From: an uncultured virus (IMG/VR IMGVR_UViG_3300033121_001607)
Lineage: Duplodnaviria; Heunggongvirae; Uroviricota; Caudoviricetes
Direction: 5' to 3' (one strand)
DNA length: 64,000 bases
Virus record (IMG/VR): IMGVR_UViG_3300033121_001607
The notes beneath the pieces are model-generated. The model searched no databases. It was not told the DNA's origin and was given only the letters and a program-made list of their open reading frames with translations. Numbering within the stretch: position 1 is the first letter of the stretch; each line of letters opens with the position of its first letter. The position numbers and the translations under genes are program-made. Below, piece after piece: positions 53,921-62,165 of this stretch.

Positions 53921-56900
53921 TCAACCGCCCGACTGCCCGCCTGAACCTCCGTCATTTGAGCCTCCATTACCGCCAGCCGTATTGCCCTCATAACCGCTAT
54001 TATTATTTATAGGTCCAGGTCCGCCACCGAACCAATCCGAAGACTCATCTATACCAAACTTTCTTGTCTTATAATAATCAGGATTACCAAAAGAACCCTT
54101 TGCATCGCTATTAGTATACTTCTCTCTAAAAACAGTAAAGTTATTAAAAATTGATACGTCCTGATCAAGCGTTCTATTGGTTGTTAAAGACGTAGACCTT
54201 GTTATGGAATCAGAGGAACCGCACTGCCCAGGTACGTCAAGCATTATAATGCCAATGCCGTCAATATTTATAATGCCATCATCTGCAAATACACTAAAAG
54301 ATCCCCTATATACACCGTCTCTTATTTTTTCAACAACAATACCAGTTTGATCATTAATGCCTTGCTGATAAACATTCATAATAATGTTCGACGAAAGCCC
54401 TAGTCTTTCAACGGATTTTAATCTTTCTAATAAGGCAATCTTCTGTTTGTCTCTAAACTCAATTCTAGCATATATTGTAGAAACTTCAGTTATATCATCA
54501 GATATCGAAGAAAGGTTGCTATCGTCTATGGCGCTTTCGGTCTTTGATTTACTTACAACAGGATAGTTTTTAAACTTAGGAACTGGTTGTGAAAAATCTT
54601 CATCAAAGAACAAATCTATCTTATACTCAAACGCATCATACAGCGCCATAAAATCAACACAAAACGATTCCGTCTTACCAAAAAATGTTAAGACCTCGCA
54701 ACAAATTCTTTTAACACCATTACCAGAAGACGCAACCCAAGGAGCTATAAATCTATTTCTTTCGACAAAGTATGCTCTGAAGAAATCTCTCTCAGTAGGA
54801 GTTGCTGCCGTATCCTTCTGAGTTTGTTCTGGAAGATCAGGACCAATAGGAATCCATTCAGACCAATCCTCGTCAGTTTCATTTCTAAGTCTATATGCAT
54901 AAGTGCCGGGAACGCCAACTATATCAAGTTCAACAAAACAATCCGCTACAACTGGTATAGGAGTATTGACATCAAGATATGTTGAGTACGCAACGCTTCC
55001 TGAGGCTATTCTGATCTTCTGATATTGATCGACCGTCCTATCTGGTGCCCCGCCAACAACAAAAAAGGAGGGATCGGTTTCGTCCGTAAACATACAAGGC
55101 AAAATCAAATCTCTATTCTTTGCGTTAAACTTACAGCCCAAACTGCATGATTGATTGTAAACTTTCTTTCCGTCATGAAGAGTTAGGTTGATATTCTGGA
55201 ATGGATCAACAAAAACAGAAGCGTCATACAAATATTTTTCAGTTTCAGAGAAATACGTCAATCTTCTATCATAGCCGCCCTGACCAGAACACTGAAAGCT
55301 ATCATTCTCGGCATCATAAAGGGCCATAAAATAATCAGGAGAAGACGGAGACTGGCTATTAAGCAATCTTGCGTATCTAAAATCCTGCCATATAACATAG
55401 AATATGTCATTTTCTGTTAAAGATATCTTCGGGAAAAGACAGTTGCCGTCTACAAGAGAGATTCTAAAATCTTCAAAACCCTGACCGCTTGAAAGCCAAT
55501 TTTGGGAATCATAATCAGTCTTCCAAAAATCAGAGGCAGTCTTTTCGCAAGGACACAAAAGCTCGTATTCCGACTCAACAAAGAAACTACCATTCCTATA
55601 GCTTTCAATAACGACTCTATACGGAATACCGCAAAGCAATGGCTGTCGAACAACATTCGAAGGAGTTAGGGTCGTCTTTGTTTGCGACTCATAAAACTCA
55701 AAAGGCAATATTTCTGGAGAATAAATAACGCTTATAGATTGGCCAGGTTCTACGCTAATGCCATTTGAAGGGAATGAAGAAGACGACGAAAACCAATTAA
55801 GAGTGTCTATTTTTGTGAATGAAGACATAACAAGATTTGTCTTTTCAGGATCGGCATAAAAACTTACTCTAAAATGAATATCTTCAGCAATATCTGAGTT
55901 ATTTGAAAACGAACAACTTACGTCGCATCGAGAAGACTGTTTTGATGGACAATAGTAAACGAATTGATTCTCTCCAACAACCGAAGCGCTATCAAACAGA
56001 ATAACTCTTATCTGATCTATAACAGGGTTTGTATACAAGAACAAATCAAGCGTCTTTCTATCTGCCGAAACAGTAATGGTATCGTTATTTTCAACACCCG
56101 CGCCACCGCCTCCTGGATAAGTAACACCAGGATGACCAAATATTGAATTTGTGAGGCCAAGCCTAGAGCCTGAAATAAATAAAGCCAATATTGGAGAGTT
56201 GAACTTAACTTTTGCGGTTACGTTTCCTTCTGAGCCTTCAGGGTCAAAATGCAGCAAAATGCTTCTTATCTTTTGTCCAACTTCAACACCTGGCAACTCA
56301 GCTAAAGAACCAGCAAAAGAAACGCCGCTATATCCGCCTACATTAAGAGAAGCCAAATCCTGAGCAGCAATCTCAACCGGAGACTCGTCCTCAAACTCAA
56401 GAATCGCTCTAATTTCATTTGACTTCTCAAGTCTACCTGTCTTCAAATTAAGACCCGAATATGGTCGCAAAATAGCAACATTCTGTGACGCAACAACGTC
56501 AATAATGTTCGAGTTGATTTCATATTCGACAACGGCATATAAAACTCTTCCAGTTATATCATCTTCGTTAGACGGAGTATAAGAAACAAGATATTGTGTT
56601 TCGTCAATAGCTGATAAGCCATTATAAGATATTTGTTTATTATCGATTCTCCATCCGTTTATAGATTCTTTAGAAGATATTCTCTTGTACAAAACAGAGT
56701 AATCTTTGTCTTCATAAAAACTAATATTGAAATGAAATAGATTTGTTTCTGGGGCAAGAAATGTAAACTCAACAGCGCAATTAAGTTGGCTAATTGGCAA
56801 AACATCGGTATCATAATAAGGATCTATAGAAGAATTCCATTTGTATAAGAACTCGTCAACTTCGTCTTGTTTACAACGATCAACAAGCATCTGGTCAGGA

Positions 56901-59900
56901 ACTTTAGATATAGCTGCATAGATTTGGTATTTACCATTTCTAGCATCTTGCCATGCAATAAGTCTTCTACCAACTCCGTCTACACAAACTGACGGATTAA
57001 CGCTATTGCTTTTTGAGTCAGATATCTTTGTATCAAACCTAAATGGATTATTTCTAAGCCTTGAACCGCTATAGTAAACATTCCAATAACCGTCTCTATT
57101 TGACTGCCAAGCAACATGGATTTTGTCTATTTTGTCTACAAAAAGATCCGCGCTCTTGTTCTGGTAACTATTAGAAAGCGTTATCGGTATTTGAGTAAAG
57201 TTATTCGTTACATTAAGACTATAGTTCAAATCAAACTCAGGCTGGTCAACGAGCAGACTTTCTGCTGTTGTAAAAGAGTCAAGCTCGTCATTTAGATCTT
57301 CTTCCGCTATAATCATTACCGCGTCCACTTGAGGACCGTACTGAACGTCTCTTCCGTCGTTGAACTGGTTAGACGCATTTTCAAGCTTTATGGTTGTGGT
57401 CGTCGAAGTTGCAACAAAACTCATAGAAACGGTTTTCCAGTTCATTGAAGAAGGGCCTGTTGCGTTTATTGTAGTAGAGAAAGTTTTTGATGTTGTTCCA
57501 AGAGTTGCTTTGACTTTTTTGGTAACAGAGCTTCCTTGAATATAACTTTCTGGCTGATTTGCTAGGTCAAAGAAAACCCAATACTTCTTTCCAATAGTTG
57601 TTGCGAAAGAACTTGTTATAAATCCTTTTTGAACTGTTGGCGAAGATACTCCAGTAAGCTCCATCCAACTCATTCTATCAGAAGCGCTAAAACCAATTTC
57701 TGTATTCAAAACAACCGTTGGTGTTCTTCTATACAAAGCGCCATAACCGACCGTCCATCCAGTTACAGATTCATAACCGTCATACAAAGGCAATGAATCC
57801 TGGTAAGGCATAACCGTTTCTTCAAACGAGCCATTTGAAAGTATGTTTTTGACAACATCTGGAACAACCATCTGAGCCACGTCTCTCTCAAACTCGCTAA
57901 AATCAATATATGAAGAATCAAGAACTAGAGTATGAGGACTTATGGACAAATTGGCAAAAATCTGCTTTACATTCCCGCTCTCATACATATTGCCTTTATA
58001 AGGAGTTGATTCGTTAATTGAAAAACCAGATCCAGGCGGAATGCCCAAAGCAATATCAAACTTCCTAACTTGATCAGAAAAATCAGCCAAAAAACTAGAA
58101 GCACAAACAATCTTGTTATCTAAAGAAACAACAATATTTCCATAATATCTATATTCATTAGCAAAAGCTTCTCTATCTCTTTTCATAACACCATTGATAT
58201 GATCACTTCCGGTTTTGGCGTAGTGGACGGCAATCTTAACTTTTTCAGCGCTTGAAAAATCAACATATCCATCAAGCAATCTTTTAATGAGATATGTCTT
58301 TTTGGCAACTTGGCCTGTTGATTCATTTTCACACGTAGCTAGCAATAGGGCAAGCTTATATCTGCCAGTATTTAGCTCATATTCTATTTCGTTTGTAAAA
58401 CCTTCGCAATCAGATAACTCAAGTTCATTTCTTTCGCAAAACTGAGCAAATGTTTCTGTGTTCTTAGCCTTGAATCTAATCTTTTCTGGAATAATAGCAA
58501 GCATCCAGTGTTTTACATTTGCCGGATTAGCAAGAGACGTTCTTTCGTCATACGCCGTATACACAAGAGATTGCTTATGAGGAACATCATCAACAACCGC
58601 TCCTCCGCTATTTATCTCTATACTTGAACTATCAAGCTTAAAAGCTCCGCATACTGGTATGAAATTTTCATAGAAAGCTTCATAAGAGTCTATAGTGTAA
58701 AGATTCTTATTCTTAGAATATTTATAATTACCTGATGGGGAAAACTCGCTCTTCCATTCTGCAAATTTTGCTTCTATCTCCTTATCCGTAAGAACACCTG
58801 TTGATAAATAGGGCATCCAAAGATCAAAAGAAAGTTGATAACTAAGTTGGGCAAAATTTGCGGGAAAATCATTTCCAAACTCGTCTTTAGAAAGAGAATA
58901 ATAAGCCATAGCAGTATCTTTAGAACAGTCTCCCTCTATGGCAATATAGCTTTTATCATAAACAGAAACCTTACCGTCATTTGCTATCATTCTAGAAAAC
59001 GGATTTTGAAGCTTTACTGATGGCTCGGTAATAGAATACAAATCAACATTTGCTCCTGAAAGAATATTCTTATCAAGAATAGACATCAAAATCTGATTAT
59101 TAACCGGCTTTGCAGAAGGACCAAGAACAGAGTAATACAACTGCGTTGGACCAATCCTATCTGACTCCCAAACAATGTGCAAGTTTCCAACGCTATCGCA
59201 TTTTATCTTAGCATTCTTATTTTCGCCAAGTTGAGTTAGTTGTTTCCATTGACTATTCTCAACAGATTGACCAACTCTGAATGAATAATAAAATAACTGA
59301 TAAACACCGTCAACAGGAGCTTGACAAACAATGTAGGCTATCTCTTCTCCTGTGTCTTCAATCTTTCTGGAAGTTATAACAGGATAAGCGCAGCTTACTT
59401 CTCTGTTGAATATATCATAAACATAAGGTAGGGGATTGACTTCAATTAAATCATTTTCTTGAAGCTCTTTTGTTGAGTCAACAACGACAAACTTTTGACA
59501 GTATATGCTTTCGTAAATATTTGGACCAATATCATTGTTGAATCCATCAGGAACTTCTATTCTTATGAGATTATTTACCATGTCCCTGCTAGATATTTCA
59601 TGAGACTGATAACCAATCTTAGGCGTCAAGAAAACAACAGTATCGCCTGAATCCTTTATCGCAGAAGAATCTACTAGTAGCTCAAGAGTCTTGTTACTCT
59701 TTAGCTGAACCTCAAGCGTTCCGCTACCAACATAAACATCCGATCTAATAGTAAATCTCGTGTCAGATTTGATCTCTATAAAATCACCCTGGTCAACAGC
59801 TTTGATTGAGTAAAACCTACAATTTAGATCGTTGTTGACTAGTTCAGTAAATGAAGTTATAAGTTCAGAAAGAGTCCCCAAAATAGTTGTATACTGTATT

Positions 59901-61069
59901 TCAAAAACAGTTCCGTCATCTATTCTAAATGTAATACCATACTTCTGGTCAACAGCAACTCCGGACGGAGTTACTGTATGGTAAAATTTCGGTGGCTTAA
60001 GAATAGAGCCGTCTCTAACAGGATTACCATTGTACTTCAAAGAACTTGGCAAATTAGCAATAAATACCCTGCTAGAAAGAGTCGGGAAGGCGCTCGCATC
60101 GCTCTCAAAGGTTTCTTGAGAACTAAAAACAACGAGGCCAGAGCCGTTAGACAGCAATGTGGAAGAAGTTGAATTGTAAATTCTGCATACAGAATCATTA
60201 TCTACAGGATACACCTCTTTTAACTCGGAGCAAAATCCTATCTTTGAATTGTAAAACTTTGATTCGTCATCAAATATAGACATTGAACCTACAACTGCGC
60301 CGTCAATACAGAAATCATCAAGTTTTTCAAGGTTCAATCCCTGACCTGGTATTGGATCAAGAATTGCGCATTCAGGAGTTTCTGGATCATTAGTTGCCTG
60401 AAGAGCCCTCATCTCTTCAGGAACAAAATGAATAAAAGAACCAGAATCATACACCTCTGCATGCTTGTCAGCGGGTTTTGAGTACCTAATAGGGAATTTT
60501 TGCAATGCGACTGAAGAAGCGGAAGACCCGGTTAAAATATCTATAGCTCTAAACGAAATAGAACCTTCTCCGCTATAGTTTGACTTAATAACAAACTTTT
60601 TATCATTTATGATAACATGAAGATTTGAGTTTGGCTGAGTATTAACTCTAATTGTCGCCTTCTCTTGTAAACCGATAAAAGGCGGGTATACCGAAATTCT
60701 GTCTCCAGTGTTTTTCGTTTTTGAACTTTGAACTTGAAAAGCAAATGCCGCAATATCTGACAATCTCCAAGCGCCTGACTCTGATTTTTCTTCTATATTT
60801 GCATAAACAGAAATAACGCTTGCGGTATCGGCCTCAGAAAGAGCAAGATCAATTCTGCCTGTAACTTCCGCTACAGAACTAATAATGATTTTGTCACCAA
60901 CGACGCTTCCGCTAGACAGAGTATTGGGTTTCAATACCCTACCAAATGTGGCGTTTTCAAACCCAATTCGATAAGTCTTTGAAGAAATAAGGCCAGAAAT
61001 GACAAAAGCAATAGCCTTTGTTTCTGCTATTGGAGCGCTGAAGGGTTGTAATTTAATTTTAGCGGACAC
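53921..61069 (-). CDS. Giant 2382-aa multidomain putative virion protein (dispersed propeller blades, DUF642-like domain, FxV/IxFYxD modules)
   Basis: GTG start; blades LHIVWESDR, IHVAWQSNR, LIAWQDAR and YVIWQDFR; NILSNGSFE...YGPQVDAV (DUF642-like) at ~57310-57850; Gly-rich tail. Confidence 0.82.
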   Translation of the reverse strand: MSAKIKLQPFSAPIAETKAIAFVISGLISSKTYRIGFENATFGRVLKPNTLSSGSVVGDKIIISSVAEVTGRIDLALSEADTASVISVYANIEEKSESGAWRLSDIAAFAFQVQSSKTKNTGDRISVYPPFIGLQEKATIRVNTQPNSNLHVIINDKKFVIKSNYSGEGSISFRAIDILTGSSASSVALQKFPIRYSKPADKHAEVYDSGSFIHFVPEEMRALQATNDPETPECAILDPIPGQGLNLEKLDDFCIDGAVVGSMSIFDDESKFYNSKIGFCSELKEVYPVDNDSVCRIYNSTSSTLLSNGSGLVVFSSQETFESDASAFPTLSSRVFIANLPSSLKYNGNPVRDGSILKPPKFYHTVTPSGVAVDQKYGITFRIDDGTVFEIQYTTILGTLSELITSFTELVNNDLNCRFYSIKAVDQGDFIEIKSDTRFTIRSDVYVGSGTLEVQLKSNKTLELLVDSSAIKDSGDTVVFLTPKIGYQSHEISSRDMVNNLIRIEVPDGFNNDIGPNIYESIYCQKFVVVDSTKELQENDLIEVNPLPYVYDIFNREVSCAYPVITSRKIEDTGEEIAYIVCQAPVDGVYQLFYYSFRVGQSVENSQWKQLTQLGENKNAKIKCDSVGNLHIVWESDRIGPTQLYYSVLGPSAKPVNNQILMSILDKNILSGANVDLYSITEPSVKLQNPFSRMIANDGKVSVYDKSYIAIEGDCSKDTAMAYYSLSKDEFGNDFPANFAQLSYQLSFDLWMPYLSTGVLTDKEIEAKFAEWKSEFSPSGNYKYSKNKNLYTIDSYEAFYENFIPVCGAFKLDSSSIEINSGGAVVDDVPHKQSLVYTAYDERTSLANPANVKHWMLAIIPEKIRFKAKNTETFAQFCERNELELSDCEGFTNEIEYELNTGRYKLALLLATCENESTGQVAKKTYLIKRLLDGYVDFSSAEKVKIAVHYAKTGSDHINGVMKRDREAFANEYRYYGNIVVSLDNKIVCASSFLADFSDQVRKFDIALGIPPGSGFSINESTPYKGNMYESGNVKQIFANLSISPHTLVLDSSYIDFSEFERDVAQMVVPDVVKNILSNGSFEETVMPYQDSLPLYDGYESVTGWTVGYGALYRRTPTVVLNTEIGFSASDRMSWMELTGVSSPTVQKGFITSSFATTIGKKYWVFFDLANQPESYIQGSSVTKKVKATLGTTSKTFSTTINATGPSSMNWKTVSMSFVATSTTTTIKLENASNQFNDGRDVQYGPQVDAVMIIAEEDLNDELDSFTTAESLLVDQPEFDLNYSLNVTNNFTQIPITLSNSYQNKSADLFVDKIDKIHVAWQSNRDGYWNVYYSGSRLRNNPFRFDTKISDSKSNSVNPSVCVDGVGRRLIAWQDARNGKYQIYAAISKVPDQMLVDRCKQDEVDEFLYKWNSSIDPYYDTDVLPISQLNCAVEFTFLAPETNLFHFNISFYEDKDYSVLYKRISSKESINGWRIDNKQISYNGLSAIDETQYLVSYTPSNEDDITGRVLYAVVEYEINSNIIDVVASQNVAILRPYSGLNLKTGRLEKSNEIRAILEFEDESPVEIAAQDLASLNVGGYSGVSFAGSLAELPGVEVGQKIRSILLHFDPEGSEGNVTAKVKFNSPILALFISGSRLGLTNSIFGHPGVTYPGGGGAGVENNDTITVSADRKTLDLFLYTNPVIDQIRVILFDSASVVGENQFVYYCPSKQSSRCDVSCSFSNNSDIAEDIHFRVSFYADPEKTNLVMSSFTKIDTLNWFSSSSSFPSNGISVEPGQSISVIYSPEILPFEFYESQTKTTLTPSNVVRQPLLCGIPYRVVIESYRNGSFFVESEYELLCPCEKTASDFWKTDYDSQNWLSSGQGFEDFRISLVDGNCLFPKISLTENDIFYVIWQDFRYARLLNSQSPSSPDYFMALYDAENDSFQCSGQGGYDRRLTYFSETEKYLYDASVFVDPFQNINLTLHDGKKVYNQSCSLGCKFNAKNRDLILPCMFTDETDPSFFVVGGAPDRTVDQYQKIRIASGSVAYSTYLDVNTPIPVVADCFVELDIVGVPGTYAYRLRNETDEDWSEWIPIGPDLPEQTQKDTAATPTERDFFRAYFVERNRFIAPWVASSGNGVKRICCEVLTFFGKTESFCVDFMALYDAFEYKIDLFFDEDFSQPVPKFKNYPVVSKSKTESAIDDSNLSSISDDITEVSTIYARIEFRDKQKIALLERLKSVERLGLSSNIIMNVYQQGINDQTGIVVEKIRDGVYRGSFSVFADDGIINIDGIGIIMLDVPGQCGSSDSITRSTSLTTNRTLDQDVSIFNNFTVFREKYTNSDAKGSFGNPDYYKTRKFGIDESSDWFGGGPGPINNNSGYEGNTAGGNGGSNDGGSGGQSGG

Positions 61070-62165
61070 GGTAAATGTTCTCCATTATCTTTCCAAAAGC
61101 ATCGGCAGCAACTTTGTATGTAAAGTTATTATGAACATACTCATACGCTTTATCTGCTTTATTCTTAGCCTCGTCTTGATTTGAATAAACCTTTCTCATA
61201 GCGTCCTGAACCGACTGAATCGTTATTCGAGGCCATTTCTTATTGGAAAACTGAATGATGTTATCCATATTAGAATGAAGCATAAAACCCGAAGGTTCGA
61301 TAAGGGTGCATCTATCCTCCGAAGCGTAGTCCTGACATCCTGAAAAATTTGTTATAATGATTGGCACTTTAATAGCCATACATTGCAATCCAGGAAGGCC
61401 AAACCCTTCGCCTAAAGTTGGCATAACTAAACAATTGGCTGACTTATAGAAGGACGGTAAATAGGAATCGTCGAATATTCTTCTTTCAAACAAAATGGGA
61501 GCAAATTCCTTCTTTAAGCCAAGAGTTATCTTAATTTTTGCAACTTCCTGAGTTGCGAGTTGGGTCTTGTCTGTTTTTATGATAAGTTGAACATTATCAG
61601 AAGACGAGAACTCTCTACAAAAAGCCTCAATAAGTTCTTGCCATCCTTTTCTTTTCTTCCATGTTCCGGCAAACAAAAAAGTATATCTTTCGTGTTTATC
61701 AAGGGGCATTACGTCTTTATGCCAATTTTCTTTATTAAATGAATGGGGTAAATAAAACATTGGTTTACGAATACCCGCATGCGCGAATATCTTGTAATTG
61801 AACAACGAAGGACAAACGATAGCGTCAAGTCTATTGAGGAGTTCAATCCATTTTTCTGGAGGTTCAAATGTTTCAAAAGTTGCAAATCCAATAGATTTAT
61901 AAGCTCTTGGTATCCTCATCTGCATAGGAGGAATACAGTGGTAAACCTGCGTAGCTCTTGGGTTTGGTAATTTTCTAAACAAAGGATCAAGTATAGACAA
62001 GGATTTTTTACTAAACGACTGCTTGGAAAGACTGCCGTTCAGTGGCACTATTCTAATATCATACTGTTTAGTTTCAAGAAGAGCCGAAACAACGTCAAAC
62101 GTTGCTTGCCCGTATCCTGTTTCGTTGAAAAATCCTATCCACTCAATTGGAATCATTGGGGTCAT
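61059..62165 (-). CDS. Glycosyltransferase family 4 (GT-B), embedded among the structural-like genes
   Basis: TGYG, TFET, IVCPS.FN, RKGW and YKSANCLVMPTLGEGFGLPGLQCMA. Confidence 0.92.
   Translation of the reverse strand: MTPMIPIEWIGFFNETGYGQATFDVVSALLETKQYDIRIVPLNGSLSKQSFSKKSLSILDPLFRKLPNPRATQVYHCIPPMQMRIPRAYKSIGFATFETFEPPEKWIELLNRLDAIVCPSLFNYKIFAHAGIRKPMFYLPHSFNKENWHKDVMPLDKHERYTFLFAGTWKKRKGWQELIEAFCREFSSSDNVQLIIKTDKTQLATQEVAKIKITLGLKKEFAPILFERRIFDDSYLPSFYKSANCLVMPTLGEGFGLPGLQCMAIKVPIIITNFSGCQDYASEDRCTLIEPSGFMLHSNMDNIIQFSNKKWPRITIQSVQDAMRKVYSNQDEAKNKADKAYEYVHNNFTYKVAADAFGKIMENIYRVR

Noticed and set aside
18312..61069. Secreted adhesins or S-layer proteins of a cellular genome (for example CPR bacteria)
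   Set aside because: There are no signal peptides, transmembrane anchors or secretion genes, and the single-strand phage-like context argues against it. It is not formally excluded without the rest of the contig.
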